Origin: Spongospora subterranea f. sp. subterranea
Lineage: Eukaryota
Direction of reading: 5' to 3'
Assembly: GCA_049724395.1 (NCBI GenBank)
Contig: JAUGWO010000103.1
Span: 1 to 64,000, forward strand
DNA length: 64,000 nucleotides
Below are positions 25,522 to 38,868 of this stretch, piece after piece. Below the pieces are notes generated by a model. The model did no database searches and was not told where the DNA came from. It saw only the letters and a program-made list of their open reading frames with translations. The position numbers and the translations under genes were made by a program. Each line of letters starts with the position of its first letter. Position 1 is the stretch's first letter.

Positions 25522-26036
25522 TCTCACAATAGTAGACTCTTTAACACTCGGACACCGTGATGGCGCCACACTGCTGGATGAGTAAAACGCCAAAAATTAC
25601 CATCGTCGAAACATCTGTTAGATACGCAATCTAACTGCCTTGTGTGCAATCAGATCAAGTAAAAACGCAACGACTGACATTTCTCAATGATGGTAATTTC
25701 ATCTGATTTATGGGCGCTTTTCACTGGTTTGGGGTTTTTGGCCAAGGGCGGCCTTCTTGAGGGTTGCGCTACAGCATGTAACACTCTAATACGTGCCGAC
25801 TGTAGATTCAAGGTACACGTAGCGCACCGTACCGCTGACAGGGTTCAAGATTCGTGACTGGCCGTCTACTTCTAGTGCCACGTTAGTGATTATTGACTTA
25901 AGGAGTGGGGCCGAATTCACTGAGCGCAGTCCCTGAGGGTCTATACCCGTCAACTTTGTGCTCATTCGTCATTAGTGTTGTTTGGATCTTGATTAGTTGG
26001 TTGGATCGTCCATTTCGCGAGTTGGATTGAAGAGCG

Positions 26037-27369
26037 ATGGCGACTCTTGATACTGCCGTTTACTATCAGTATATGAAGATGGACCAAGGTTCCAAGGTGC
26101 AGGCTGAATACATCTGGGTTGGCGGATCAGGCTCCGATATTCGCTCAAAGACAAAAACGTTGGAGTGTAAGCCATTGAAACCAGACGATCTGCCAATATG
26201 GAACTTCGATGGCTCTTCTACCGGCCAGGCACCAGGTTCCGATTCCGAAGTGTATTTGAAGCCTGTCAAGTTTTTCCCTGATCCATTCCGTGGAGGAAAC
26301 AACATTCTGGTCGTTTGTGAATGTTATACCCCAGCAATGAAGCCCTTGCCATCCAACACAAGATACGCTTGTAACAAAATTATGGAAGCGGCCACTGCCC
26401 AAAAGCCATGGTTCGGAATTGAGCAGGAGTACACTCTTTTTGAAAAAGACGGGCACACTCCCTTGGGTTGGCCGAAAGGCGGATTTCCATCTCCTCAGGG
26501 ACCGTATTACTGTATGCAGCTCAAATATCCTAGTCAATCAGCTAACGTAGTTGGTTGCAATTTAGGCGGTGTTGGGACTCGTTCTGCATACGGCCGCTTC
26601 GTCGTTGAGGCTCATTACAGAGCTTGTTTGGCTACCGGTCTTGATATATCTGGTGTTAACGCAGAAGTATGTTTTACCTCAATTCGTTCTAATGATTCGC
26701 GACCGGTTGCTAATTAACTTTTAACAGGTCATGGCAGCCCAATGGGAATACCAGATTGGACCTTGTGAAGGTGTTGACTCGGGAGATCAAATGCTGATCT
26801 CGCGGTACCTTCTGCATCGTGTCTGTGAAGATTTTGGCGTCGTTGCTTCGTTCGATCCCAAACCTATTTCTGGTGACTGGAATGGAGCAGGGTTAGTAGT
26901 GATTTCATGTCACTTGATTGTAACCTGAGCTGCTCATAACAGATGTCATACAAACTACTCTACCGCTGCGATGCGTACCAAGGGAGGGTTCGAAGCCATT
27001 CTTGCTGCAATCAAGAAGTTGGAGCTCAAGCATCATGAGCACATTGCTGTTTACGGGGTTGGCAATGAGCGTCGTCTTACTGGTGCTCACGAAACTGCCC
27101 ATATTGGCAAAGTATTTAAATTACGGTTGTGGTTTGGTTTTCATTAATGGGATTCCCTCTCAGTTTACGTATGGTGTGGCCAACCGTGGTGCATCAGTTC
27201 GAATCCCGCGCACTGCTGAAAAAGAAGGCATGGGATACTTTGAGGTGAGTTTTATAGAGTGCACAAAACCGAATCGGGTTTTAAGGTACTATAGGACCGA
27301 CGCCCCGCCAGTAACATGGATCCATACGTAGTTACAGCTAAAATTGTTGAGACGACACTATTGAACTGA
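26037..27369 (+). CDS. GLN1: Glutamine synthetase type II (about 6 exons)
   Basis: [54 protein letters not shown] motifs. Confidence 0.97.
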
Positions 27370-27592
27370 AGAGACCTCAACGTAGATTACGATAGATTCT
27401 AAACTGTTCCAATAATACAATATCTGCTTTGTAAACTATGCCTGTAATTTTGTAGAGATACTACCGTAGACTTTGGTGTCCTGGCCCCCCCAATGTACAT
27501 GCGCAGCCTTTTCTGGTGGTGGTATTTTCTGGGGGGGGCCAGGTATACAACAAACTGGCAAGGGTAGATTTTGGCGCCAAATTTAATGCGCT

Positions 27593-28786
27593 ATGTGGAC
27601 GGCCCTTGTCAGGGCGACTCCAACGGTACAATTCCCATTGGAAATGAAGAGGTATTTCTCCTTGAATGTCAAAGCTGCGATCGTGACCGAGGCCTACTCT
27701 CAGGAAGGCATCCTTAAGGAGACCGCAAGGAAATATAGCATATCACCAGCGCAGATCAGAAGATGGAACAAGCAGAAGGTTGCTATAGGAGAAAATATCC
27801 AACGAATCGGAGAATTGAAAATTGTTCATCCTGGGCGTGCTCCCATCACTAATGCTGAAAGCTTGAACCAACTTCGGCAGTTTATTCAGATTTTGGAAGA
27901 ACGACATCGAACCATTTCGGTTGGAATGATTTGTCGTGAACTGAAGAGGCTGGTTCCTGAAGAAGCGGATACCGATATGAATACTTTAAGGCAGCGAATG
28001 TATCGGTTTCTACGTAAGGATAACAGTGTACAAAGACGGGCAACGCACGTTGCTCAGAATACCAGATATGACCAACAACAAATTGACCAGTTCGTTGAGT
28101 ATGTCAACGAAGAAATCCATCGTCTATGCATCGGTCCAGATGATATCGTGAACATCGATGAAACGAATGTTGACTTTGACATGACCGGCAAAGTTACCCT
28201 GGCCCGACGTGGAACCAGGACCGTCAGTCTTCAATCGACCGGATCGGCTGCTCGAGTAACAGTCCTGCTCGGTGTCACAATGTCAGGAACCAAGCTCAAA
28301 CCCTTCTTAATTTTTAAGGGCAAACCTGGTGGAAGAATCATTCGAGAATTTACACAATTACATTATCCCGAAGGGTGTGTTTACACAGTTCAAGAAAGTG
28401 CATGAATTGACGAAACAACTTTCAGCCTGTGGATCGACACGATTTGGAAGCCATTTTGCGCGAACAAGCCGATCACATATCTTATCATGGACAAATGCAA
28501 AGTCCACCTGATGAACAGCATCGTTGTCCAGTTGCAGAACTGTGGAACCGAAGTTGACTTCATTTTGGCCGGGTATACCGCCAAATTACAAGTATTAGAT
28601 GTCGGGATCAACAAACCCTTCAAGGATTATTTGAGGGTGGACTATGAATCGTTTATGATGCAGAACCCGGAAAATAAGGCCCCGTCGAGGCTTCATGTCG
28701 CTAAATGGGTTGCAAACGCTTGGGAAAGCATCAAGGAAATATCAATAACCAATACGTGGAAAGGAATTGGTTTTCATAAAGATTGA
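27593..28786 (+). pseudogene. pogo DD35D transposase with a single in-frame TGA (28403-28405)
   Basis: HTH region, NIDET, KPFLIFKG, ESA*ID (Trp expected), IMD-35 aa-LDVGINKPFK. The two ORFs are in the same frame. Confidence 0.9.
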
Positions 28787-28795
28787 GAGTGATTT

Positions 28796-29173
28796 TTATT
28801 CTTCAACTGGAACATATTCGAGTAGACGAAATGAAGCCATCCCCTTATTCTTGAAACTCTTGTTGCGTTTAACAACGTTGTCGCAGTTCTCATACAGTTG
28901 TAGGACTTGGCCGAATTTATTGGCAAACCTTTCTTTCGACCTGGCGACTAAGCTCCTCTGTAAGAATCCCACGCGACAGCTCTCGACGCCATCGCGAATC
29001 CGGTGGCATGCGATTGCCTGTTCCACTTGTCCATCGAAATCAACAATGACGACCTTGAAGCGAATGAGGTCGCCCTCGTTCACCCAGTTACCGCAAGTAC
29101 CGTGCGATTCACAAGAGCGACCGTTGCTATCGGAATGTAACCCGACGATTTCGCCAACTCCCACATTATCCAT
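28796..29173 (-). CDS. Transposon passenger ORF, 125 aa, CxxHxxC motif with possible HIRAN-like fold
   Basis: Intact ORF between the TIRs, convergent with the transposase: EIVGLHSDSNGRSCESHGTCG...EQAIAC...RVGFLQR. Confidence 0.7.
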   Translation of the reverse strand: MDNVGVGEIVGLHSDSNGRSCESHGTCGNWVNEGDLIRFKVVIVDFDGQVEQAIACHRIRDGVESCRVGFLQRSLVARSKERFANKFGQVLQLYENCDNVVKRNKSFKNKGMASFRLLEYVPVEE

Positions 29174-29920
29174 TGGGTATTGAACCGAGATTACAGGGTT
29201 TGCATACTGCGCATAAAAATGTACATAGGGGGGGCCAAGACTCCAAGGGGGCCAGGACACCAAAGTCTACGGTAATCACAATCAAATGGCCTGAGTAAAA
29301 GTGCCAGCGTGGTTATCGAATTCTATTGTAAACCATCCTGCACCTTGTCGTATGAACAATGCAACTTGACAACCAGCGTCGTCAAATTTCACTGCAATTG
29401 ATCACATCTGGCAATGATCAAACCACGCAATAAAGACAATCTTGACATGCAATTACAAAAGTTATGGCAATTTTTGAATCTCAAATCTCACACCTCGGTT
29501 GCCTCGGCCGAACGCAACACCGATCTCAATAATTTTCAATGACCGAAGCGATTTAGCACTGCAGAGTCGGCCGTAGATACACGTGTAGTCAACCGAACAC
29601 CGTTCAGTCTATCATTATTCAAAACGTTAACTGACGGTCACTGTACAAACGACTGCCCGTCATCGACTGCCCATCAGTCAGTTCGGCCTCTTTAATGCGA
29701 GTCCGGACTTGGCGCACGTTTTCACTGCGGATTTGGTGGTGACATCGACAGATCGCATTTGCTTCAATTGGGTATTGCTTGCCCGATCAGGTTCTCTCCA
29801 TACGACATCGCTGGCGTTCATATCGGCCTTGATATTGTGCATGTACGACCCGCCACTATATGCTTATTTCCTGGATAAACACGAATTGTTCCATTTACCT
29901 GTCCCTTTAACCTCGTCATC

Positions 29921-31321
29921 ATGGCCGAAATCAACATCGGAGGTGACCCCAATGACCGCTCTTATCGCTATAAACGACCTCGCTGCACCACTAAGATTGA
30001 GGGACGTGGCAACGGTATCAAAACAGTCATCTGTAATATGGTCGACGTAGCCAAGGCATTGAAGATCACCCCTTCGTACCCAACGAAGTTCTTTGGCATT
30101 GAACTTGGGGCCCAATCTAAATACGATGAGGGTCGCGAAGTTGCCGGTCAGTCATTCTTATTGCCTTTCGTACCGCTCCTTAAGTTTATTAATGTTTCGT
30201 TCAATCGGTTTCATTGTTCGCTGTCAGTATCCTCACTTTTGCCCATTATTTTTTATCACGAAATTCGATCCCTTTTGTTTTTTGTCTTCTCATCCTACAT
30301 ATTCTGAATATTAATATTGGTCTGTGTAGTCGTAAATGGTTCCCACGACACATCAGTTATTGAGACGGTTTTGGAGAAGTTTATTGACACCTATGTTCTC
30401 TGCCCCAGTCCGTCCTGCCGTCTTCCTGAAATTCGGCTGAAGGTAAAGAAAGGTCAAATTCGCGCCGATTGTGCCGCATGCGGCTACCAGGCCACGGTTG
30501 GCGATACCCACAAACTGACCGTTTATATCATCAAAAACCCGCCCTCTAAATCTCGCAAGTCGGCTTCTGATACCGGTAAACCCGATAAGAAGAAGGACAA
30601 GGAAAAACGCAGCAAGAAGTCCAAGGATGAGGAGCGAGACAAGACCCCCGAGAACAAGCCTGTTGCTGTGTCGGAACCCGTGACCGAAGTTTGGTACACA
30701 GATGCGTCGGAGGCGGCCGCAGAAAAGCGTCTCCAAGAGGATAAGGCTCTGAATGGCGACAATGGTGCAGACATTGACAAGTTAATCGAATCGGTCCAGA
30801 TCAACACTTTGGTCGCAGCGAACGCGCCCGCTGAAGAGGTGTTGCTGGCGTTCGTACAGCACGAAGAGCGCAGCGATGTAGACATCATGTCGGAGTTGCG
30901 GCGTCTGGAGCTATCTCGAGGTCTCAGTGCATCAAGTAAAGCGTTTACTCTCCTTTCTGCTGTCCTGGATGTCAACGAAGTTCGCACCCTTCCCGTTCAG
31001 ATCAAGAAGCGATCTGCACTCCTGCGTCAGTTCACCAGAACACGTGGTGAAGCTCAAATATTTTTTAGCGCCATTGAGTCAATGATCTGTAATAACGCCG
31101 AAACTTGTCTGCCGCGAACAGCGCTGATTCTCCAGGCTTTGTACGAGAACGACGTTGTCTCTGAAGACGTTCTGGTGGACTGGTTTGATTCACCGATGAA
31201 CATTTCGGGCGGCGTCAGTGATTATGACCGGCAAGACATGCACGATCGTGCCAAGGTATTTATTGATTGGTTGAAAGCGGCGGAGAGCGACGAAGAAGAT
31301 GATGACGATGAAGATGACTAA
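29921..31321 (+). CDS. EIF5: Eukaryotic translation initiation factor 5 (2 exons)
   Basis: [25 protein letters not shown], zinc ribbon, and W2 domain ending [14 protein letters not shown]. Confidence 0.96.
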
Positions 31322-32529
31322 TCCTTTTTTATCGATTACAAATGCAGCTTTAATACAACACAGAACCGAGTTTTGTTATGCTGTAATTCACGATGGGTGT
31401 TGATATCGGGGTTCTTTCGTCGTTCTCATTCAATCAACTGTATCTGTTCGGCGATTTCATTGTCGCGCGGAAGTAGGACTTCCATTGACTTTTGATCTTG
31501 ATAAATTGGTCCAAAGTTTCGGTCAGTCGAATAACGGTCTGTTCTCCACATAAATGTCACCGCCAACACAACTGTCCAAAGGGATTTTGATTAACATTTA
31601 TACCTAGGGTCGTTTGACCAACGAATCGCTCGGTTTGTGGTGTAAACATCAGATGCGACGTCGTCTTAAACTTTCTCGATCCGACAGGACATCAGTTTCA
31701 ATCAGAAAGCCGATGAGCACGGGAGGATGAATTTCACAGTTGACCGAAACTCTGAATCAATCACCGGTGCACGAATTACAACAATTTCATCAATGATGCA
31801 CAATGATGGTTCCCGTTGATGGCTTATCAAAAATCAGCCTTTTGTCGCATCTGAAAACTCAAGAGCGCGATATGAATCACCAGTAACTCTGCCACTACAG
31901 AACCGTCTTACCCCGAAAGTTAGAATTTGCCATTTTTTGCGAAATTTAGAAAGTTGAGGTGTTTTTTTTAATACAACGCCTACTTGATACAACGCCTAGG
32001 TGTTGTATTAGAATCACTTGTTATATAGGCGTTTTGTCATACGATGGCGGCCGACTAATTCTGATTGACACTATTCACGGAAGCGGCTCGTAATACTAAA
32101 TCATAATACACATCCGAAAACGCCATGTTTCTGTTTGTTGCCGTTTGACAGAGCTGCGAAGATTAATGTCAATCAGAAATCATTGTCGCTGTCGAACGCA
32201 TACCGGACAACGATATTCCAATTGGGGTCCAAACATTGAACTGTTGTCAATACTACAAAATCACCGGAAGAAAACCTTATTTTCAATAGAAACACACTTC
32301 TAGCCCACACACACTAAATACGATAACGGTGTAGGGTAATCAGCTTCTTTTTCGGGAACCGACCAGTTTACAGCGACGACTTTTTGAAAGCATAACTACA
32401 AGAAGCTAAACGGCTGGTGATGTTGCTCTTTGAAAGGCAAATGAGAGTCGCCGGCAGGCACTTGCGTAATGACCATTATCCAGTTCGCGAATCGACGCGA
32501 CTCAGTGGATCGTCAATCGAACATGTGAT

Positions 32530-32900
32530 ATGCCTTCAAAAAGACAACGGCGGTGAATACATGTCTTTCGACATGAAAGAGTTTCTTAGCGGACTCGGGA
32601 TCGGCAAAGCACCTTCGTTGAATGATGTTAAAGTATTTGGATCTGACACATGGGAGCATCAGCAAAATCGACATCAAGTTCGATTGACCCCGAGATTTTT
32701 CGGGGCAAATTTATCGGGTGTCAAACATTCTACGATTATCCAAGTACACGATTTCTAACACCGAAGAAAGACTCACAAATGTTCTGAGTCGGTTGTTCTC
32801 TATACGGGATGGGATCTTCTGGCTTTCTGGACTAACCAATATATCTGATGGTACACGACTCCAACCACTTATTAGACCCAAAGTCAATCGACATCAATCG
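32530..32900 (+). mobile_element. Ty1/Copia integrase remnant
   Basis: LQKDNGGEY...EFL..LGI and P.L..VKVFGS; heavily deleted. Confidence 0.65.
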
Positions 32901-33091
32901 AGAGCGACTGGCGTAGTCTATAGCTGAGGAAGATGTGGACTCCATATACGTATCTTCGGCCAATATTCCCCAAAATCCAACGATTTGAGCGGAAAAGAGT
33001 CGCGATGAATAAAACAGACCAAGCCCTATGAACCTGTAAATATGCCCTAAACCCATCAGGTTTATTTGACCTGATATAGTCTGTTAAGTCT

Positions 33092-33778
33092 TTAGACTGT
33101 CAGCTCTTTTGTACCGTTGTGATGTTGTAGATCATATTGACAATGATCAGATCCCTTTGGGCCTGCTCCAGGACAGCATTTGCGACTGAACTTGTTGTAC
33201 GCTATTGATTTTCCCCATCTCCGAACAAATTCCGAAATGTCTCCAGCGCAATGACGAGATAAACAATTGAGGACAGGACGAACGCATTTGCCGATAAAAC
33301 GGGATAATTCCGGATGGACCGGTCTCGTTGACGTTGTCTTCGCACTCAAGAACTGCTCATACTCTTCGAGAACTTCGGAAAACCGTTTGAGGATGTCAAT
33401 GGTTTTTTTGCGGCGAGGAGTAAGTCTTGCTGGAATATCAAATGGTCTCAGGTTCGATTCGCAAAGACGGATCTGCGAGCCATGACATTTAGTTGTGCTG
33501 AATCGCGAATGCTTAAATTGACGGCCCCATTTTCCAATCCATACTTTTGTATCTTGGCGACAGTGATAAACCCAGCATCCCCAAATGGGTTTCGCAGACC
33601 GGTAAAAAAAATTTCGAAAACAACTGTGAGTCACAAGGCCACTGGATCGGTATTTCTGGATGAATTGTTTACACAGATTGAGTTTTTCAATCGGATCTAT
33701 TGATATCAAAACAGCATGATAAATAGCTTCGAGATCCATTGAATCGGACTTGTGTCTAAAAGCACAGATGTTCAACAA
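33092..33778 (-). other. Hypothetical ORF, possibly the 3' part of a degraded gene
   Basis: 228-aa open frame with a Cys-containing C-terminus (VRPVLNCL...RWG...KCC). No family recognised. Confidence 0.3.
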
Positions 33779-34614
33779 TTTTTGTCAAAAAAACAGCGAA
33801 TGAAAACCTTTCGTCAGGGTTTGAGATAATTGTTTTCCAGTGTGTGTGATATGATCCATGACCGTGACAGCGCTTCTGTTGAAAATTACGGTGGTCAAAA
33901 CAAGGGCCCCATTGTGTCTGGAACAGGTGAATGTCATTGCCGCAACATATTATCAGACAATGAAGGACGGGTGTGCACGTGAGCTTGAGATACAAAAGCA
34001 CCTCATGATTCACATTGTCGAGCGACACGCTGGACGAAACCAGTGTCAAAACAAAATTCGAAATTAGGATCAGCTTTTGCAGGGTGCTGGTTGCTTTTTC
34101 GATTATCCTACGCTGAGGAACATCGATGTTAAATTGCCCGACCACAAATGTGTCACCCGGCGCCGACTTATTGACCAACAGTAGTTCCGACATGGCGACA
34201 CTGTCGTGAAACTCGACCTCTGCTGGATTCGGCTCCTTTCCCTAAGCAGACGAGCACGATTGTGATCAAATTCCAGACAGAGCGGATCACAACAGTTCTG
34301 ACCAGAAACACACAGAGGCTATCATAGTCTTTGACCTGATCCAGGTCCCAGTTTATGAGCGGCCAGACCTTTTCCAATCCCTCGAGTGTACAAGCTCCGG
34401 AAGTAGATCCTAGTACACATTGGGAAGTTATTGGTGATCACGATTCTCGGCAAATCAAATTCTCACCAAAGTTATCATGTTGTTCTTCCAAATTAATCGT
34501 CTGTTGATGAAAATCGATTCGGGAATCGAATTTTTTGCCGTCTAAGCTTAGAATTGACTGTTGACTATCAGTACTGATACGCCATGCATCACTTGAACTC
34601 TCGCTCGGGTTCCG

Positions 34615-35202
34615 ATCCTAAGACAAATTTAGCAAATCGAACCCCAATTTGAACATGAACTGAACTGCTAAGTTTGTCGAGGCAATTTCAAGAAGCTCAT
34701 GTGCGTTTTTGTTAGCGGGCAAGAGATTCTTTCGAAAGTCTTTGGAGGGCAATATTTCCGAATTGATCGGAATTCGATTCGAATCGTTCAGGCAATCGAC
34801 GTTCTGCTCCTCTACTCTCAACTGTTGAGAATCGATGATTATATCGGATGCGTCCATTTTCGAACCCGTGCTCGAATCCCATTCCTAAAAACACATTTAG
34901 CAAACCGAATCACGATCTGAAGATGAACTGAACGGCTGAATCTTTCGAAAAATTTTCACCAAACTCTTGAGCGTTGCTGTTAGCGGGCATAAGATTCTCT
35001 CGAAAGTCTTTGGACGGCAAAGTTTCCGAATCAAATGGAAGTAGATTCAAATCGAAAGCATAAACGATTTTTTCGCCCCCTTGTCTCGACTCTTGAGAAT
35101 CGATATTGATATGGGATGCGTCAATTTTCGAACCCGTGCTCGAATCCCATTCCTAAGAACGCATTGAGCAAACCGAATCACGATCTGAAGATGAACTGAA
35201 CG
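34615..35202. repeat. Degenerate ~270-bp tandem repeat (about 2.2 units)
   Basis: cgaacccgtgctcgaatcccattccta...gcaaaccgaatcacgatctgaagatgaactgaacg at about 34861 and 35129, with a weaker copy at about 34615. Confidence 0.8.
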
Positions 35203-35689
35203 TATACATTAATCCAGGATCTTTCACCAACCTGGGCGACACCTTTTTTGTTTGAAACATCAAACGCCAACAAGGAATTGCCTTGCAGAGATTTTGTCTC
35301 CCTTGTCGTCGAATATTTGAACACTGGAAGTTTTGAAGCTTGCTTTTTTTCTCCATCGAACATTACACAATCCGGCGACGGCGACATGGCGTCCTGAAAG
35401 AACCAATGCTTTTGAAAAATAGGCATTGTTTTGGAGCAACGTTCCCTGATCCATACCGAGAAAGTGGAGTAGGCGATTCTCGGGGCGACATTGGCCTGAC
35501 AAGAGCCAAGCCGATTGTCCTCACCAGGTTCAGATTCGATTGTCAAAGATCGAGTCGACCCGACCGCCACAAACAGCAATCCCAACAAGTTGAGGGCACG
35601 CATTGAAGGAATGGCGCAACAATAGCGCCGTTCGCCAACCAAGTGGCAACGATGAGTTCAGAGTCAAAGATGAAACGAACGGCTCTAGG

Positions 35690-36121
35690 TGTCAGGTTTA
35701 TGGTTTTGTTGATGATCCTTGATAAAAAGGGAGGAGATCGACCGAATTCGTTTGATATTGTGGTGAGTCTAACTGGCTGAGCTAAGCGACGACATAGCAT
35801 AGCCAGAGCTTCGACCGCAGTTGTCCTGTCAATCTGATCCGTTTCTACAATATCGTGAAGCTGAAGTGCGTCAACCAGACGATTCAGCTGCCCGATTGTG
35901 AACCGGAATCTGATCAGAGCTGATGAATCGTCCATTGGTAAATTGAAACGACGGCTGTAGTCGATGGCAATGACTCTTGACATTCGGAGTCGAAAGACAT
36001 TGTTTTCGAGAAGATAGGCAATAACTCTCAGAAACTTGGGCAGGTCCTGCCCGACTTCGAAGAATATCATGCAGATGATTTCAGTTGCTTGGTCATCGTT
36101 GAGCTCTGGCCCAACGAACAT
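35690..36121 (-). mobile_element. PIF/Harbinger-like transposase N-terminal fragment
   Basis: FRFTIGQLNRLVDALQL...EALAMLCRRLAQPVRL...FGRS...SRI. Truncated before the DDE core. Confidence 0.75.
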
Positions 36122-36572
36122 CCTTGATAGTGCAATACGCGAATCTAGCTGAATCTGAATCTAAATAAACTACCGAAAGGTGCCCCGCTACCTGGATCTG
36201 AATCTGTGTAATCGGCCGAAAGTTCTTTGTTTAGATGGAAAATTGCAAACAGTGTCCTTAACTATGACTGGATACTATCTGAATCTGAATCTATAAATAT
36301 GGCGCTACCGAAATCCCTCTAATGGCCAGTCAAATATATTGACCAAGAAACTACAGTCAGTTTGTGGCCAGTCTATTCTCGTAGCCATAGTAAAAGCACT
36401 TCCATGATGACGTCATCTGGCCACTTTAACTGGCAATCCGCGCACTTTCAAAATGGCCAGTTAAAGTGGCCAGTCTTTTCTCGGCCCCCGAATTGTCATT
36501 CGCGGGCTCTGTTATTTGTATGGGCCCTTGAACGGGGTTACCTCTTTTGGGTTCGCGCAATTGAAGTGCGCT

Positions 36573-36940
36573 CCGGCCACCCACGGAGTAGCCGAGTTAG
36601 CCCAGTCATGCTGTCATGCATTGTGCAGCACTCAACTGTTTCGTCACTTACGCAACGTTTGAAGTGACCAGTCAATGTGACCGGACCCGTGCCGTACTCG
36701 GGCAGCAGATTTATTTACGTCAAACAAATCGGTGATCATGGCCCGGTAGGCGATATATCCTTCACATTGTATGGAATCAAAACGGTTCTAATGCCGAGGG
36801 CGGAAAAGAAGAAGAGAAGTAAGAAAAAAGAGGATAAAGACCGGACCGATAAAAGTATAATTTATTTGACGGTAAAATGAAAAATGCATGGCCACAGTGC
36901 ATGACAACATGACTGGGCTACTCGGCTGCTCAGTGGCCGG
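36573..36940. repeat. MITE-like element with ~55-bp imperfect inverted ends
   Basis: ccggccac...gccgagttagcccagtcatgctgtcatgca pairs with tgcatgacaacatgactgggctactcggc...gtggccgg. Confidence 0.6.
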
Positions 36941-37029
36941 GGCGGCGATCATTTCCCCTCCTAGAGCAGCGGCTAGAGCGGGCTCAGCCAAAGGATGATC
37001 GCCAACTCGTAACAATGCTTTAAGAAGTT

Positions 37030-38560
37030 CAGAATTTGAGCATATAATGAGAGAAATGACTCTCACGAATCGTCCAAATCACCGAAGCCACGCCAGTGAA
37101 TAAGGAGTTCGTAAGATCCGTCGTCAACGCGGCGCCGAATGTTGTTGACAGATTCAACCTCAAATGCTTGGTTATCGTGAGCCACTGGACGTTTGAGTTC
37201 TTCTGTGATATGAAGACTGTCGTCACTATAGAACCGCAGTCGTGCAGCGAGGACCTGCGTGATTCGACCTGTGTTGAAGTCTTCGACGTAAAAAATTTGA
37301 GGCGTTGGGACCCCGTCGATTTTGGCGGGCACATCCCAACGGACCTTCAATTTCGATGAACGATGTTTCAAAGTTGACGAAACAAGCACGAAAACCACTA
37401 ATGCCGAAACCCGGCATCTCACCTCTGCGTCGATTGTTGGAACGACGTCGACGGTCTCGACTGTCGGCAAGTTTTCGATGGAGACCGTTTTTGAGCGCCC
37501 CCTGCAGAGCAACGACGCTCTCGCATCTCGCGGTGTAATAGAAACAGAATCGTGTAATCGCGGAATGTAAACACAGTCAAGGGAGTGGGACGATGGCAGG
37601 CCAGTCAGCATCGTGACCGGAGCGAAATTCTTCAAGGCGACGATCGTATGGTTTAGCGTAAACCGTAAGAGCACGAGAAGGCAGCGCCATTTGACTGTCC
37701 GAAGATCTACACGTTTTTTCACAAAGACGAATACAAAATCTTAAATATCTCCGACCATACCGGCCACCAAAACCGGGACTGTACTGTCTTGGTGGTGTTG
37801 TCAGAAGTGAGATGGCCCGAGAGTCCCATATGTGCGATGACCATCAGACGAATTCGGAGAGTCGTAGAGAACAGTTGATCAAAGGACGTTCTCCAGGCTG
37901 TGCATCCACGAGATGGATGAAGTAGGTGATTCTGAATAAGCAAGCCATCAGGACCGGGTTCAACGTGTTCGTGATTGATGTAGTTGGACTGGTCTTCGGC
38001 GATGGATTGTATAGTTGGCTACATGAAGTCATCTGCAATTCGATAAGACTCAAGAGGTCCTGTGAGTCTTTTTGATGTGAGTTTTGTATCAGAGGTGACA
38101 TTGGCCGAAAGTGGTGAAGAGACACCCCATCGAGTAAAAATGTCGGCCCAAATATTATCATCCCTTGAAATGTGTTCGATGTGGAAATCGAAAGAGTGAA
38201 GTTGCCACCTTTCGAGCCGGTCTCCTTAAATACGGCTGGTTGGGTAGTTAGAAGGTTGTGGATCAAGGAGATATTCGAGTTCGGTGGTCAGTGAAAAGGA
38301 GGAATGGTATAGCGGAAAGATAAGGTTCCAGGCGATGACAGCCTCCAATCGAATAACTTTCTGTTTCAATGTTGCCCAGTGGAGTTGGCTCCCTTGGAAT
38401 CGGCCACTTAAGCCAATGAGTTTATGACGTTGCTGTTCATGAGAATTTTACACATCTTCGGAAGGAATCTGTGTCAGTTGTCAGTACTACTGACCAGAAG
38501 AGTTTCGATGCGTTGGAGAAGAAACAGAGAACGTGATGCCACAACCTGTCCATAAAAAAC
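37030..38560 (-). mobile_element. Degenerate chromodomain-bearing Ty3/Gypsy pol remnant
   Basis: RNase H tail (HISRDDNIWAD), integrase zinc region (AHMGLSGH...FWWP), chromodomain (FEVESV...LLIHWRGF). Confidence 0.8.
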
Positions 38561-38868
38561 GTGACCGCCAGTGTTAGACAGGGGCGAGTACGCCGGCCGT
38601 CCCGCCCTGTATTCCGATGTCGCCCAGCTCTGGATTCCTGATCTCGATGCAGTCAATTAGGGGCCATGCGATCCCGTATCGCCAGTCTGTGACCGCCTGC
38701 CGGGGCGACCGTACTGGCCAGGCGTCCACTGGCAGATGGGCTCCTACCTGCCACAGCTGGACTTTGACCATCTATACGACTGCACCACAGAATCTGGACC
38801 GGCTCCGAAACCATTCACACTCAGCGAGCCAGACAAACAGATTGTCGTTGACAGGACAGGGGTGTCAG

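Larger units (their letters stand above)
27464..29272 (+). mobile_element. Full-length pogo-superfamily DNA transposon, 1809 bp
   Basis: Perfect 26-bp TIRs (ccgtagactttggtgtcctggccccc), flanked by TA at 27462-27463 and 29273-29274. Confidence 0.96.

Noticed and set aside
28403..28405. Alternative genetic code (TGA=Trp)
   Set aside because: Glutamine synthetase and dynamin end in TGA. TAG also appears at expected Trp sites in the pseudogenes, consistent with ordinary G-to-A decay.
28796..29263. Fanzor/TnpB cargo in the transposon
   Set aside because: The ORF is too short and has no RuvC motifs. The longer 155-aa version starts inside the TIR at a non-ATG codon.
30353..30987. Antisense ORFs over eIF5 (similar ones over dynamin, P450 and EFG1)
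   Set aside because: These are shadow frames of real coding sequence.
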